This document shows, one piece after another, positions 23,240-38,367 of a DNA stretch of 64,000 bases. Position 1 is the first letter of the stretch. Each line of letters begins with the position of its first letter. The translations under genes were made by a program, and so were the position numbers. Location of the stretch: contig NC_058381.1 in NCBI RefSeq assembly GCF_018350175.1, positions 39,866,001 to 39,930,000 of the forward strand. Reading direction: 5' to 3'. The DNA is from Felis catus. Taxonomy: Eukaryota. The notes under the pieces were generated by a model, which saw nothing but the letters and a program-made list of their open reading frames with translations, had not been told where the DNA came from and did no database searches.

Positions 23240-24545
23240 AGGTGTGTGCGTGCATTTAAAGGAACAAGAATAAAAGAACAAAGGCTGAGACCATGAACCA
23301 ATGGAAAGTCATGATCCCTGGCAGAGTTTGCAGAGTCAGGCTATTAAGTAGACCTAGAAACCATTAACCTAGAAATGAAGAGGCCAGTCGTCTAGGATGA
23401 AGGGCTGCACAAGTATATATCATAGAATTTCTTTCATCCTTACTCAAGGAATCTATGGCCATTGGTTCAGCAGAAACAGGAATACTCATGTGTTTGCAGG
23501 CTGTCGGATGAGATCTGAGCTGAACTCACTACTGGATACGTACAATCGTTCATGGTTCCTATTTAAACACCTTGATCTAATGTCAGAGTTGAAGGAGAAG
23601 GTTCCTCACTACCTTCACCCCAGTGATCCACTGGGGAGAATTTATGCCACCTTCTACCATAATCGTAGCCTGTGAACATCTAGAGGTCTCGGCTCTAAGA
23701 CAGGAAAGCTACCTGGAAGGGACATGGTAAAGTTCTGTGTGGCATTAACCTCCGGCTGCCACCTTATCCTTTTGGACTTCTAGTGCCTACACATAGGAGC
23801 TATGGGAGCCACAAGGAATATGTTTAGCATATTACATGTTTAGGTGATCTACAGGGACATTCGTGGTATTCCTATTCCTGACATTCACTGCAGATGGACA
23901 AGTAGTTGTAGTCTGAAGAGGACACAGGAACCATGGGTTCAGAACTCTCAGGAAGGGAGACCATGGTCACTATACCAGGCAAGTCAGCTAAAGGAGCGCA
24001 GAAGCTGCCCATTAACTCTCATCTTCTAGGTTTTTATAGAAACTGTGGCAAACGACCTGGAGCAAGGTTACTGAGAGAAATGCATAGATATGGGCAGAAC
24101 CAGGAGTAGGTATACGATATCCCATTCTGATTCTCTTTGCCATACATGCCCTCACCCACAAGGTAGTTGAGTGTGGGCTACGCGTGGTTCACACTGATCA
24201 CGCACTATCTGCAGGTAACTGTCTCAGGCTCTGGGGTGGGGGACACCTGGAGTTCTTGCTCTCCATCCTTTCCACTCACCAAAGGATGTTGACGTAGGAG
24301 CACAAAGGCCCAGGCGCTTTTTCCACTAAGATGAGCAAGCCTGTGGCCCAGTACACACCCCTCATGTGTGGGTCAGAATACGGGGGCGGAGTTGAACCGA
24401 AAGCACCCTTTGTCTTAGCTTCTTTTACTACCCTGTGCTGACTCCGCTTTGCACTGGGTCTCCTGAGAGCACCTCCTTCCTCATGCAGTACTTATGCAGG
24501 AATACCCGTTGTAGGCTCTGGTATTTTGAATGCAACGTGAGAATC
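22745..24545 (+). mobile_element. Ancient ERVL internal remnant, paralogous copy (also 48-1200 and ~46117-47917)
   Basis: Colinear homology with 11760-13810. Confidence 0.55.
23189..23236. repeat. (AG)n microsatellite (also 46561-46608)
   Basis: Directly visible. Confidence 0.95.
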
Positions 24546-25733
24546 ACATTTTGGTGTGGTCCGTCTCAAGCATAGCCTCCTTGAGAGAGACACTTCCTAA
24601 CATGGTGAGCTGTTTTATTGGTGGGAGTGTCGGCAGTCCTTTGGGATATATGATCTTCCAAGAATTGGACACAGGAAGTCTAAAACCAAGTGTGCACAAA
24701 CTGTGAGAAGAAACAACATCCTATGAAAAGATTCAGTGGTTCAGCGGAGAATGAGGTCGAGAGCCCACAGTGTCACCCAGTGACCGTTCATATCATAGGG
24801 AAATGTTTGAAGGCACTGTTACTGAGACTAGGAACCCTGGTGTCAGGTCGACCTCAGGGTCGGAGCTCAAAACAGAGGCTTGAGACCAAGTAGATTGTCC
24901 GGGAGGTGGTCCCAAGTAGTGCTCTAGGGATACTGTGAAGTGATCCAGGGAAGGGTGGAAACCAATCCAGGTTGATTTCAAGAGCAGGTGAGTCCTGTGG
25001 GCATCGGGGGTTCGTTCAGTGCTACTGAGGCCCTCTGGTCTCACACGCCCACTCAAGGGGAAAGAGGCTAGAGCACTTATCCACCAACTACTGGCCACCT
25101 TTCAAACGCTTCTCCCAGGCACTTGCCTTCCCTGCTCTGTCCTGTGATAAACGTTCCTTCACGTAGACCGAGCCCTCCACAGAGAGTTCCAGGTGCTTGC
25201 TGCAAGGCACCGTCCTAAACTGTTAGCGTGGGAAGCGCCGAGGTGATAGAAGTGAAAGTCCTGAAATCGCCTGCTATGACCTGCTCGTTGTGCAGAGAAT
25301 AGTAGAAGACCTGACAGCTAAGGGTGACCATTGAAGAAGGAAAAAGAATGAGACACGATTTCTTATATTTATGCCTGGAAAATCAAGATTTATTTGACGT
25401 ACAGAAACATCTCCATATCAGAAAATCTGGCAGTAGCTGATACATCAATCAGAGTGGCACGTTAACCTATATCAGATAATACAATCTTTGTAGTGATTTG
25501 CGGTGGAGTTAGTAACAAGGAGGTGAGGAGGGAGTGGGCGGTAGGGAGGTATATTCCAAGGCCAACCATTGAAAAATCACTGGGAACTGAGGTTTTACAG
25601 TTGGCCTCACATGATTCAGCTCCCAGTTGGACGACATGAAGGAGGTTGGCTGACGAAAACAGCAGGGTGCAGGTCAGGGCACTCAGCAGCAGCAAGAGCC
25701 ACTAGAGCAGGTTGGTGGGTGGTGGCAGGGGGT

Positions 25734-26330
25734 CTAGCAACAGCTGGGGCGGCAGCAGCTGGACACACAGCAGGTGGGGCGGCAGCAGGTGGTCCGGCAG
25801 CAGGTGGTCTGGCAGCAGGTGGGGCGGCAGCAAGGCTGGCAGCAGCTGGAGCCACAGCAATTCGAGCCACAGCCGCTGGAACCCCCACAGCAGGGGCGGC
25901 AGCAGCTGGACACACAGCAGGTGGGGCGGCAGCAGGTGGTCCGGCAGCAGGTGGTCTGGCAGCAGGTGGGGCGGCAGCAGGGCTGGCAGCAGCTGGAGCC
26001 ACAGCAGCTGGAACCCCCACAGCAGGGCCGGCAGCAGCTAGAGATGCAGCAGCTGGGCCTGCAGCAGCTGGAACCACAGCAGCTGGGGCGGCAGCAAGTG
26101 GTCCTGCAGCAGGTGGTCTGGCAGCAGGTGGGGCGGCAGCAAGGCTGGCAGCAGCTGGAGCCACAGCAGCTGGAACCCCCACAGCAGGGGCGGCAGCAGC
26201 TGGAGCCACAGCAGCTGGGGCGACAGCAGGTGGTCCTGCAGCAGGTGGTCTGGCAGCAGCTGGGGCGGCAACAAGTCTCCTGGCCACAGCCCTGGTCAGA
26301 GCAGACGGAGCCACAACACGAGTTGACCAT
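25734..26330 (-). CDS. KRTAP4: KRTAP4-like type A, copy 2
   Basis: Protein identical to 2389-2985. Confidence 0.93.
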   Translation of the reverse strand: MVNSCCGSVCSDQGCGQETCCRPSCCQTTCCRTTCCRPSCCGSSCCRPCCGGSSCCGSSCCQPCCRPTCCQTTCCRTTCCRPSCCGSSCCRPSCCISSCCRPCCGGSSCCGSSCCQPCCRPTCCQTTCCRTTCCRPTCCVSSCCRPCCGGSSGCGSNCCGSSCCQPCCRPTCCQTTCCRTTCCRPTCCVSSCCRPSCC

Positions 26331-27075
26331 GGTGTCAGAGGGTGGAGGTTCTGGGATGGTTTCCAGGAGAGTAGGGGCTTGAGTCTGATGTCTCCTCGTG
26401 CCATGGCCTCTTATATACTGCCCGTCCATGGTGAGTTGTCAACACATCTTCCTTGTGTTTGTTTACCTAATATTAACTAATTATCAGATTACACAATAAT
26501 GTTTGTGCATGTAATGGTTTAAACTTGTGGGGAACAAAATTTCTTTTCTCGATGTGATGAATTCTCTCTGGTCTGTGTTTCCTCCTGATTCACACCCACT
26601 GGCATCTTCCTGACCACTTTCTCCTCATCTTCCTCCACCGTGGGCTGTCACGTGATAGGTGGCATTTGCAATTACATTCCGTACTCTCCCTCCTGTATCC
26701 CCTAGCAGGTAGGATAAGGGCCGTCCTATTTTTGGTGGTGCATTTCTTCCAATGGTCAGTGGCATGAGTAATGATCTGCATGTGACAAGAAGAAAAGGCC
26801 CTCTTTATGGCGGCAGTTTGGAGCAAAGGGGACAGCTGTATATTTGTATGACGTTGCCGATTTCTAGCCACTGGACTGGGTTTTTTTGGATGTTTCTACC
26901 TTGGATCACGTCCTCTAGCCTACAACCGTGGCAGACAATTATCTGTATGGTTCCCATCACTGCCATGCTTCATGGTTCATGAAGTGTTAACCTTGGTGTC
27001 ATGTATGTTTGGTTTTATTTCTCCAGATGCTCTTATCTTGTGGAAGACATTGCTTTACTTTTGTTTCTTACTCTT

Positions 27076-30000
27076 TTTTTAATATGAAATTTGTTGTCAA
27101 ATTGGTTTCCATACAACACCCAGTGCTCATCCCAACAGGTGCCCTCCTTAATACCCATCACGAACCCACCCCTCCCTCCCATCCCCCACCCCCCCATCAA
27201 CCCTCAGTTTGTTCTCAGTTTTTAAGAGTCTCTTATCTTTTGGCTCCCTCCCTCTCTAACCTTTCTTTTTCCCTTCCCCTCCCCCATGGTCTTCTGGTAA
27301 GTTTCTCAGGATCCACATAAGAGTGAAAACATATGGTATCTGTCTTTGTATGACTTATTTCACTTAGCATAACACTCTTTTCACTTCGCATAATACTCTC
27401 CAGTTCCATCCATGTTGCCACAAAAGGGCATATTTCATTCTTTCTCATTGCCACGTAGTATTCCGTTGTGTATATAAACCATAAATTCTTTATCCTTTCA
27501 TCAGTTGGTGGACATTTAAAGGCTCTTTCCATAATTTGGCTATTGTTGAAAGTGCTGCTATAAACATTGGGGTACAAGTGCCCCTGTGCATCAGCACTCC
27601 TGTATCCCTTGGGTAAATTCCTAGCAGTGCTATTGCTGGGTCATAGGGTAGATCTATTTTTAATTTTCTGAGGAACCTCCACACTGTTTTCCAGAGAGGC
27701 TGCACCAGTTTGCGTTCCCACCAACAGTGCAAGAGGGTTCCCGTTTCTCCACATCCTCGCCAGCATCTATAGTTTCCCGATTTGTTCCTTTTTGCCACTC
27801 TGACTGGCGTAAGGTAGTATCTCAGTGCGGTTTTGATTGTGTTTCCCTCATGAGGAGCGACGTTGAGCATCTTTTCATGTGTCTGTTGGCCATCTGGGTG
27901 TCTTCTTTAGAGAAGTGTCTATTCATGTTTTCTGCCCATTTCTTCACTGGATTATTTGCTTTTCGGGTGTGGAGTTTGGTGAGCTCTTTATAGATTTTGG
28001 ATACTAGCCGTTTGTCCGACATGTCATTTGCAAATATCTTTTCCCATTCCGTTGGTTGCCTTTTAGTTTTGTTGATTGTTTCCTTTGCAGTGCAGAAGCT
28101 TTTTATCTTCATGAGGTCCCAATAGTTCATTTTTGCTTTTAATTCCTTTGCCTTTGGGGATGTGTCAAGTAAGAAATTTCTGCGGCTGAGGTCAGAGGGG
28201 TGTTCTCCCGCTTTCTCCTCTAGGGTTTTGATGGTTTCCTGTCTCACATTCTGGTCCTTTATCCATTTTGAGTTTATTTTTGTGAATGGTGTAAGAAAGT
28301 GGTCTAGTTTCATCCTTCTGCATGTTGCTGTTGAGTTCTCCCAGCACCATTTGTTAAAGAGACTGTCTTTTTTCCGTTGGATGTTCTTTCCTGCTTTGTC
28401 AAAGGTTAGTTGGCCATACTTTTGTGGGTCTAATTCTGGGGTTTCTATTCTATTCCATTGGTCTATGTGTCTGTTTTTGTGCCCATACCGTGCTGTCTTG
28501 ATGATTATAGCTTTGTAGTAGAGGCTAAAGTCTGGGATTGTGATGGCTCCCGCTTTGGTCTTCTTCTTCAAAATTACTTTGGCTATTCGGGGCCTTTTGT
28601 GGTTCCATACACATTTTAGGATTGCTTGTTCTAGCTTCGGGANNNNNNNNNNNNNNNNNNNNNNNNNNNNNNNNNNNNNNNNNNNNNNNNNNNNNNNNNN
28701 NNNNNNNNNNNNNNNNNNNNNNNNNNNNNNNNNNNNNNNNNNNNNNNNNNNNNNNNNNNNNNNNNNNNNNNNNNCAATTTTCTTCATAAGCTTTCTATAG
28801 TTTTCAGCAGACAGATCTTTTACATCTTTGTGTAGGTTTATTCCTAGGTATTTTATGCTTCTTGGTGCAGTTGTGAATGGGATCAGTTTGTTTATTTGTC
28901 TTTCTGTTGCTTCATTATTAGTGTATAAGAATGCAACTGATTTCTGTACATTGAGTTTGTATCCTGCGACTTTGCTGAATTCATGTATCAGTTCTAGCAG
29001 ACTTTTGGTGGAGTCTTTCGTGTTTTCCATGTATAATATCGTGTCATTGCAAAAAGTGAAGGCTTGACTTCATCGTTGCCAGTTTTGATGTTTGATGTTT
29101 CCTTTTGTTGTCTGATTGCTGATGCTAGCACTTCCAACACTATGTTAAACAACAGCGGTGAGAGTGGACATCCCTGTCGTGTTCCTGATCACAGGGGGAA
29201 AGCTCTCAGTGTTTCCCCATTGAGGATGATATTAGCTGTGGGCTTTTCATAGATGGCTTTTATGATGTTTAGGTATGTTCCTTCTATCCCGACTTTCTCG
29301 AGGGTTTTTAATTAAGAAAGGATGCTGAATTTTGTCAAATCCCTTTTCTGCATCGATGCACAGGATCATATGGTTCTTNNNNNNNNNNNNNNNNNNNNNN
29401 NNNNNNNNNNNNNNNNNNNNNNNNNNNNNNNNNNNNNNNNNNNNNNNNNNNNNNNNNNNNNNNNNNNNNNNNNNNNNNNNNNNNNNNNNNNNNNNNNNNN
29501 NNNNNNNNNNNNNNNNNNNNNNNNNNNNNNNNNNNNNNNNNNNNNNNNNNNNNNNNNNNNNNNNNNNNNNNNNNNNNNNNNNNNNNNNNNNNNNNNNNNN
29601 NNNATCAGAGTAATGCTGGAAGTTTCCCTTCCCTTTCTATTTTTTGGAATAGGTTGAGAAGGACAGGTATTATCTCTGCTTTGAATGTCTGGTAGAATTC
29701 CCCTGGGTAGGCATCTGGTCCTGGACTCTTATTTGTTGGGAGATTTTTGATAGCTGATTCAATTTCTTTGCTGGTTATGGGTCTGTTCAAGTTTTCTATT
29801 TCTTCCTGTTTGAGTTTGGGAAGTGTGTGGGTGCTTAGGAATTTGTCCATTTCCTCCAGGTTGTCCAGTGTGTTGGCAGGACATAGTATTTTTCATAGTA
29901 TTCCCTGATAATTGCTTGTATTTCTGAGGGATTGGTTGTAATAATTCCATTTTCATTCACGATTTTGTCTATTTGGATGATCTCCCTTTTCTTTTTGAGA

Positions 30001-33000
30001 AGCCTGGCTGGAGGTTTATCAATTTTGTTTATTTTTTCAAGAAACCAACACTTGGTTTCATTGATCTGCTGTACAGTCTTTTTAGATTCTATATTGTTTA
30101 TTTCTGCTGTGCTCTTTATTATTTCTCTTCTTCTGCTGGGTTTGGGGTGTCTTTGCTGTTCTGCTTCTGTTTCCTTTAGGTGTGCTGTTAGATTTTGTAT
30201 TTGGGATTTTTCTTGTTTCTTGAGATAGGCCTGGATTGTGATGTATTTTCCTCTCAGGACTGCCTTCGCTGTGTCCCAAAGCGTTTGTATTGTTATATTT
30301 TCATTTTCGTTTGTTTCCGTATAGTTTTTAATTTCTTCTCTGATTGCCTGGTTGACCCATTCATTCTTTAGTAAGGTGTTCTTTAACCCCTATGCTTTTG
30401 GAGGTTTTCCAGACTTTTTCCTGTGGTTGATTTCAAGATTCATAGCATTGTGGTCTGAAAGTGTGCACGGTATGATCTCAAGTCTTTTATACTTATGAAG
30501 GGCTGTTTTGTGAGCCAGTATGTGATCTATCTTGGAGAATGTTCCACGTGCATTCGAGAAGAAAGTATATTCTGTTGCTTTGGGATGCAGAGTTCTAAAT
30601 ATATCTGTTAAGTCCGTCTGATCCAATGTATCATTCAGGGCCCTTGTTTCTTTTCTGGTCCTGTGTCTAGATGATCTATCCGTTACTGTAAGTGGAGTGT
30701 TAAAGTCCCCTGCAATGACCACATTCTTATCAATAAAGTTGCTTATGTTTGTGATTAATTGTTTTATATATTTGGGGGCTCCCATATTCAGTGCATAGAC
30801 ATTTATAATTGTTGGCTCTTCCTGATGGATAGACCCTGAAATTATTACATAATGCCCTTCTTCATCTCTTGTTACGGCCTTTAATTTAAAGTCTAGTTTG
30901 TCTGATGTAAGTATGGCTACTCCAGCTTTCTTTTGACTTCCAGTAGCATGATAGATAGTTCTCCATCCCCTCACTTTCAATCTGAAGATCTTCTCAGGTT
31001 TAAAATGAGTCTCTTCTAGACAGCAAATAGATGGGTCTTGTTTTGTTTTGTTTTGTTTTGTTTTGTTTTGTTTTGTTTTGTTTTGTTGTTTTTATCCATT
31101 CTGATACCCTATGTCTTCTGGTTGGAGCATTTAGTCCATTGACATTTAGTGTTATTATAGAAAGACATGGGTTTAGGGTCATCATGATGTCTGTAGGTTT
31201 CATGCTTGTAGTGATATCTCTGGTACTTTGTGGTCCTTGAACATTTCACTCACAGAATCCCCTTTAGGATCTCTTGTAGGGCTGGTTTAGTGGTGATGAA
31301 TTCCTTCAGTTTTTGTTTGTTTGGGAAGACGTTTATTTCTCCTTCTATTCCAAAGGACAGACTTGCCGGATAAAGGATTCTCGGCTGCATATTTTTTCCG
31401 TTCATCACATTGAAGATTTCCTGCCATTCCTTTCTGGCCTGCCAAGTTTCAGTAGACAGGTCTGTCACTAGTCTTATCGGTCTCCCTTTATATGTTAGAG
31501 CGTGTTTATCCCTAGCTGCTTTCAGAATTTTCTCTTTCTCCTTGTGTTTTGCCAGTTTCACTATGATACGTCGTGCAGAAGATCGATTCAAGTTACGTCT
31601 GAAGTGAGTTCTCTGTGCCTCTTGGATTTCAGTGCCTTTTTCCTTCCCCAGATCAGGGAAGTTCTCAGCTATGATTTCTTCAATTACACCTTCAGCCCCT
31701 TTCTCTCTGTCTTCCTCTTCTGGAATTCCTAGTATACGGATATTGTTGCGTTTTATTGCATCACTTAGTTCTCTAATTCTCCCCTCATACTCCTGGACTT
31801 TTTTATCTCTTTTTCTCAGCTTCCTCTTTTTCCATAATTTTATCTTCTAATTCACCTGTTCTCTCCTCTGCCTATTCAATCCGAGCTGTGGTCGCCTCCC
31901 TTTTATTTTGCACCTCATTTATAGCATTATTTAGCTCCTCCTGACTATTTCTTAGTCCCTTGATCTCTGTAGCAATAGATTCTCTGCTGTCCTCTACACT
32001 TTTTTCAAGCCCAGCGATGAGTTTTAGGACTATTATTCTAAATTCTCTTTCCGCTATATTGCTTAAATCGTTTTTGATCAATTCGTTAGCTGTTGCTACT
32101 TCCTGGAGTTTCTTTTGAGGAGAATTCTTCCGTTTCGTCATTTTGGATAGTCCCTGGGGTGGTGCGGAACTGCAGGGCACTTCCCCTGTGCTGTCTGGAG
32201 TAACTTGTGTTGGTGGGCGGGGCCGCAGTCAGACCAGATGTCTGTCCCCAGCCCACCGCTGGGGCCACAGTCAGACTGGTGTGTACCTTATCTTCCCCTC
32301 GCCCAGGGGCAGGACTCACTGTGGAGTGGAGTGGCCCCTGTGTGGGCTACTTGCACACTGCCAGGCTTGTGGTGCTGCTTTCATGGGATCTGGCGTATTA
32401 ACCGGGGTGGATCCGCAAGGTGCACAGGGGCGGGAGGGGCGGGCTCAGCTCGCTTTGCTGTCGGTGGTCCCCTGAGGGAGGGGCCCTGAAGCACCAGGGA
32501 GGGAGGGTGACCCGTCCGAGGGATGGATCCACAGAAGCACAGCGCTGGGTGTTTGTGCGGTGCAAGCAAGTTCGGTGAACTGGTTCCCTTTGGGGTTTTG
32601 GCTGGGGGATGGGAGAGGGAGATGGCGCTGGCCAGCGCCTTGGTTCACCGCGGAGCTGAGCTCTTGTCTTCCAGGGCTCAACACCTCTCCCTCCCGGTGT
32701 CCTCTCGCCCTCCCTCTCTCCGAGCAGAGCTGTTGACTTATAACATGCCGGATGTTCAGTCCCGCTGGCTGTCAGAACTCATGCAGTCCGGCCCCTCCGC
32801 TTTTGCAAGCCAGACTCGGGGGCTCTGCCTTGCCGGGCGGGCTTCCCCTCCACCACCCCGGCTACCTCTCGCCAGTCCGTGCAGCCCGTCCCGCCTCTCC
32901 GCCCTTCCTACCCTCTTCCGTGGGCCTCTTGTCTATGCTTGGCTCCAGAGAGTCCATTCTGCTAGTCTTCTGGTGGTTTGCTGGGTTATTTAGGCAGGTG

Positions 33001-33068
33001 TGGGTGGAATCTAAGTGATCAGCCGGACGAGGTGAGCCCAGCGTACTCCTACGCCTCCATCTTCTCCC
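27076..33068 (-). mobile_element. Full-length LINE-1, copy 2
   Basis: Duplicate of 3731-9724 with the same TSD. Confidence 0.97.
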
Positions 33069-33539
33069 TGTTTCTTATCTTATTCTTAATAAAATTATTC
33101 TGCATCAATTCTGGAAAAAAACAGACAAGTTTGAATATTCAGCAAGTTCCTCTCCTGAGGATTTACCTTTTGCTGGCAAATCTACAGCAAACAGTTTTTG
33201 GATCTATTTCAAATGTGAATGGAATGTAGTCAATTCGGGTTCTTTTAGTTACTATTTCTGCTTATTCTCCATTTTGTGATAGTCCAACATAGCACACAGC
33301 AAGTCTTTTGAAAGACTTATTACATATGGTTGAGACACATCCGGGAAGACCACACATAGAGACCTACTACTTTGTTCTGTTCATTTTAGCATTGGGGAAG
33401 TGCCTCTCTCAAATTACTGCCAGGTTTTAAAGCATGTATGTTGAGTGGATTTGTTGAGATAGACACATTGACAGTTACTGGCATTACAGATGTGATGTGG
33501 AGTCTCCTACCCAGGTATTTACAGTTAACTGAAAAGATT

Positions 33540-33589
<50 letters not shown>

Positions 33590-35820
33590 CTTTAATAAAA
33601 TTTGAAACAGTTACATCAAAGGTGGGAATAGTAGTGTAATTTAAGTAAAGAGTTGTGTTTTAGGCAAATTAGCCAAGATGACAGTTTAGTAAAGACAGAG
33701 ATTTTATTCATAAATAATTGTAGTCACCATTTCTCACTTACTTTTACGATTTAGTATAAATTTTAGATGAAATTTACACACATTGGAATGCACAAATCCT
33801 AACTGTATTCATCCAGTGTATTACGTTTTCAAAAACTGATGCACATCCATGTAATCCCCACATTTATCAAGAAGAAGAACATGCCCTTAGACCAAAAGGT
33901 CCCCACTTGTCATTTAGTAAACTCCCTGATGCCAGAGGCAATTGCCGTCTCAATACATTTCTCACCGTCACATTGTTTTGATCTAGAACTCCAAACAAAT
34001 GATAATATAGTATAATTTCTGTTCTGTCCTCCACTTAGCTTGGCACATGCTAATGTTGATGCAGGTGTCACTAGATCAGACCTGTCCTAACAAAGTACCA
34101 AGGTTTGTGATAGCTATTACCAATTACTTTCATGGTAGGGTAACCAACTTTCATTTAAGCTCATCATTTTTAATAACATAAACAGAGTAAGAAATTGAGT
34201 TCCTCCTGGTTTTCAAAAAAATTTCATATTGTGGAAAACATACATATACTAAAACGTGTAAAACATATAAATACAAAAATCATTATGGAGCAAATCGTCT
34301 CTATACACAACACTTGAGTCGAGAAATAGAACACTGCTCTCAAGATGGCTCTTCCTATGTCTTTTCTTGGTCATAATTCTCCTTCTATCTTATAGATGGC
34401 TACTATGCTGATTCCTCAAGTAACTATTTCATCTATTTTCTTTACAGTTTTATAACCTAGGTATGACCCCGAAACAATAGAGTTTGCTTTTAAATGTTTT
34501 CACATTTTATATAAGGAAATCTTAGTATATATGTGTTTGGATTCTTTCACTCAATTATGGTGGCCCAATAATTTCAGCCTCTTGGTGTTCAGAGTCTCAT
34601 GTAATTTCCTCCCCTTGAGTAACTTGCTTCTACCCACAGGATAGGACAACATCGAGTGACTGAGTTACAAATGATTGTGATTTTCATTTTAATGCCAACT
34701 CTTTCTCCCTCTCTCACTGGCTTTGATGAAGCCAGGCGCTATGTGGGAGAGATCCTTGCAGCAGAGACCTGAGCGCAGTCTCATTCGACGACCAGCAAGG
34801 AAGTGAGGTCCTCCCTCCTGTGGACTGCGAGGAATTGAATCCTGCCAATGACCACATAAGTGACCTTGGAAGTGGATTCTTCCCCAGACCATACCTAGAT
34901 GAAACCCTGGTGCCAGCCAGCACTTTGAGTGCAGACTTGTGAAACCCTACGAAATGGAGAGTCTGGGTGGGCCGTACCTGGATTTTGGATCCACAGAAAG
35001 AGAGAAAATAAATTTGAGTGTCACTCTGAGCTACTAAATTTTTAGGTAATGTTACATAACAGTAGGTAACTGGTATAGATTTATCTAGGGCCACGGCCCA
35101 CACAGGTGAGAAGGGAGGGATCAGAAGGTGCAGAGAGAAATAGAAATGCTAAAATGGGTATAGTCATAAGGTCACAAAGCCCACGTAGCCATTCCCTAGG
35201 AGGGTCTGGGGCACTCTCTTTATCACGCTATTAGGGACTCATGAAGTACCGGTGTCAGCAGCATCTTGGGAGAGGAGTGCCTATTGTCTAAAGTTGGAGG
35301 TTGTGGTAGGGAATACTGTGACCAAACTGTGCTCCCTGGGAAGAATGGGGATGGTCATAGCTCTGAATGACTGAGTCATGTGCAGGACTTAATTGTAGGA
35401 AGTAATGTGGGTATCATTATGTGATTGCCAACACGGTTGGAATGACAAAGGGGGCAGAATGATATGTGACCCTCAGGGATCTATCAATATGGATAATAGA
35501 GCATGGTTTCCCTCATAATAGGATATAGGCAACGAACTCAGTTTCACCCTCATGTACCCAAAAGCCTACACGCACGTGCGCACGTGCGCACACACACACA
35601 CACATACAAACACACACAGACATGTACACCTACCCCTGGTTCTGCCCATGTCTGTGCATTTCTGTCATTAACCTTGCTCCAGGTGGTTTGTCACAGTTTC
35701 TATAAAAACCTACAAGTAGAGAGTTAATGGTCAGCTTCTCTGCTCCTTAGCTGACTTGCCTGGCACAGTGACCAAGGTCTTCATTCCTTATATTTCTTAT
35801 ATTCCTTATTCCTTATATAG

Positions 35821-35866
<46 letters not shown>

Positions 35867-38367
35867 AATTAAAAGAAGATAAGAATAAAGAACAAAGGCT
35901 GAGGTCATTGATCCAATGGAAAGTCATGTTCCCTGACACAGTTGGCAGAGTCAGGCTATTAGCAGACCTAGAAGCCATTAACCTACAAATGGAGAGGCCA
36001 GTCCTCTGGGTTGAAGGGCTGCACGAGTACATATCGTAGAAATTCTTTCATCCTTCTTCCAGAAGTCTATGGCCATTGGTTCAGCGGAAGCTAGAATGCT
36101 CATGGGTTTGCAGGCTGTTGGACATGGGATCTCAGTTGAACTCACTGCTGGATACCCACGATCCTTTATGTCCCCTATTTAAATACCTTGATCTAGGTGT
36201 GAGAGTTAAAGGAGAACTTTCCCCATTACCTTCATCTGAATGGTCCACTAGGGGGAATTTGTGCCTCCTCCTACGATAATTGTAGGCTGTGTGCCTCTAG
36301 AGGTCTCAGGTCTGAGACAGGAAAGCTCATTGGAAGGCACGTGGGTAGTTCTGATTGGAAGTAAAATTCTGGCTGCCACCTCATCCCTTTGGGTTTCTAG
36401 TGCCAGGAAGGCAGCGGTCAACGTTAGGAGCTACAGGGGCCACAGGGAATATTTTTAGCATTCAGGTGATCTGCAGGGACATTTGTGGCGTTCCTATTCC
36501 CGGCATTCACTGCAGATGGGCCAGTAGTGTAGCCTGAAGAGGACATAGGACCCATGGGTTCAGAACTCTCAGGGATGGGGACCTTGGTCACAACACCAGG
36601 CAAGGAAGCTAAAGGAAGAGAGGACCTGCCCTCTAACCCTCATGTTGTAGGTTTTTACAGAAACTGGGACAAACCACATGGCGCAAGGTTAATGAGAGAA
36701 ATCCACAGACATGAGCAGAACCAGGGGTAGGTATACAATATCCCATCCTGATGCTCTTTGCCATATGTGCCCTCATCCACAAGGTAGTGTGAGTATGGAC
36801 TATGAGTGGCTCACACTGATCACACACTGTAGGTAAGGGTCTCAGCCTCTGGGGTGGGGGACACCTGGAGTTCTTCCTCTCCATCCTTTCCACCCATCAG
36901 AGGATGTCAAAACGTAGTGAAAGTGATGTAGGAGTACCATGGCCTAACCCCTTAGCCCCTGTGACGAGCAAGTCCATGGCCCAGTACACACCCCTCATCT
37001 GTGGGTCAGAATACGGGGGTGGAGTTGAAACGAAAGCACCCTTTGTCTTAGCTTCTTTTACTACCCTGTGCTGACTCCGCTTTGCACTGGGTCTCCTGAG
37101 AGCACCTCCTTCCTTATGCAGTACTTATGCAGGAATACCCGTTGTAGGCTCTGGTGTTTTGAATGCAACGTGAGAATCGCAGTTTGGTGCGGTCCACCTC
37201 AAGCATAGCCTCCTTGAGAGAGACACTTCCTAACATGGTGAGCTGTTTTATTCGTGGGAGTGTCTCCTGTCCCTCGGGATACATGATCTTTCAGGAATTG
37301 GACACAGGAAGTCTAAAACCAAGTGTGTACAAGCTGTGAGAAGCAACAGCATCCTATGAAAAGATTCAGTGGTTCAGCGGAGAATAAGGTCGAGAGCCCA
37401 CGGTGTCACCCAGTGACCGTTCATATCATAGGGAAATGTTTGAAGGCACTGTTACTGAGACTTGGAACACTGGTGTCAGGTCGACCTCAGGGTCGGAGCT
37501 CAAAACAGGCTTGAGACCAAGTAGATTGTCTGGGAGGTGGTCCCAAGTAGTGCTCTAGGGATACTGTGAAGTGATCCAGGGAAGGGTGGAAACCAATCCA
37601 GGTTGATTTCAAGAGCAGGTGAGTCTTGTGGGCATCAGGGGTTCGTTCAGTGCTACTGAGGCCCTCTGGTCTCACATGTCCCACTAGAGGGGATAGAGGC
37701 TAGAGCACTTATCCACCAACTACTGGCTACCTTTCGAACGCTCCTCCCAGGCACGTGCCTTCCATATTGCGTCCTTCGCGATCTGCTCCTTCATGTAGAC
37801 CGAGCCCTCCGCAGAGAGTTCCAGGTGCTTGCTGCAAGCCACCGTCCTACACTGTTAGCATGGGAAGGACTGAGGTGATAGAAGTGAAAATCCTGAAATC
37901 GCCTGCTATGATCTCCTCGTTGTGCAGGTCTTCTATTGAAGACCTGGCAGCTAAGGGTGACCACTCACGAAGGAAAAAAGAATGAGACACGATTCTTTAC
38001 ATTTAATGCCTGGAAAGTTAAGATTTATTTGGTATATAGAAACATCTCCATATAGAACATTTGGCAGTAACAGATACATCAGGTAGGATGATATGTTATT
38101 GTATATCAGGGAAAATACAACCTTTGTACTGAATTGGGATGGACATCATAAGAAAGAGGTGGGAGGGAATTGGGCGGTGGGGTGGTATATTCCAAGGCCA
38201 ACCAGTTGAAAAATCATTGGGAACTGAGGATTTACAGTTGGCCTCACATGATTCAGCTGCCAGTTGGACGACATGAAGGAGATTGGCTGATGAAAACAGC
38301 AGGGTGCAGGTGAGGGCACTCAGCAGCAGCAAGAGCCACTAGAGCAGGTTGGGTGGTGGCAGGGGGT

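Larger units (their letters stand above)
650..23999. repeat. ~23.35 kb tandem segmental duplication unit, copy 1
   Basis: ORF-track offsets to copy 2 range from 23,344 to 23,372. Confidence 0.95.
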
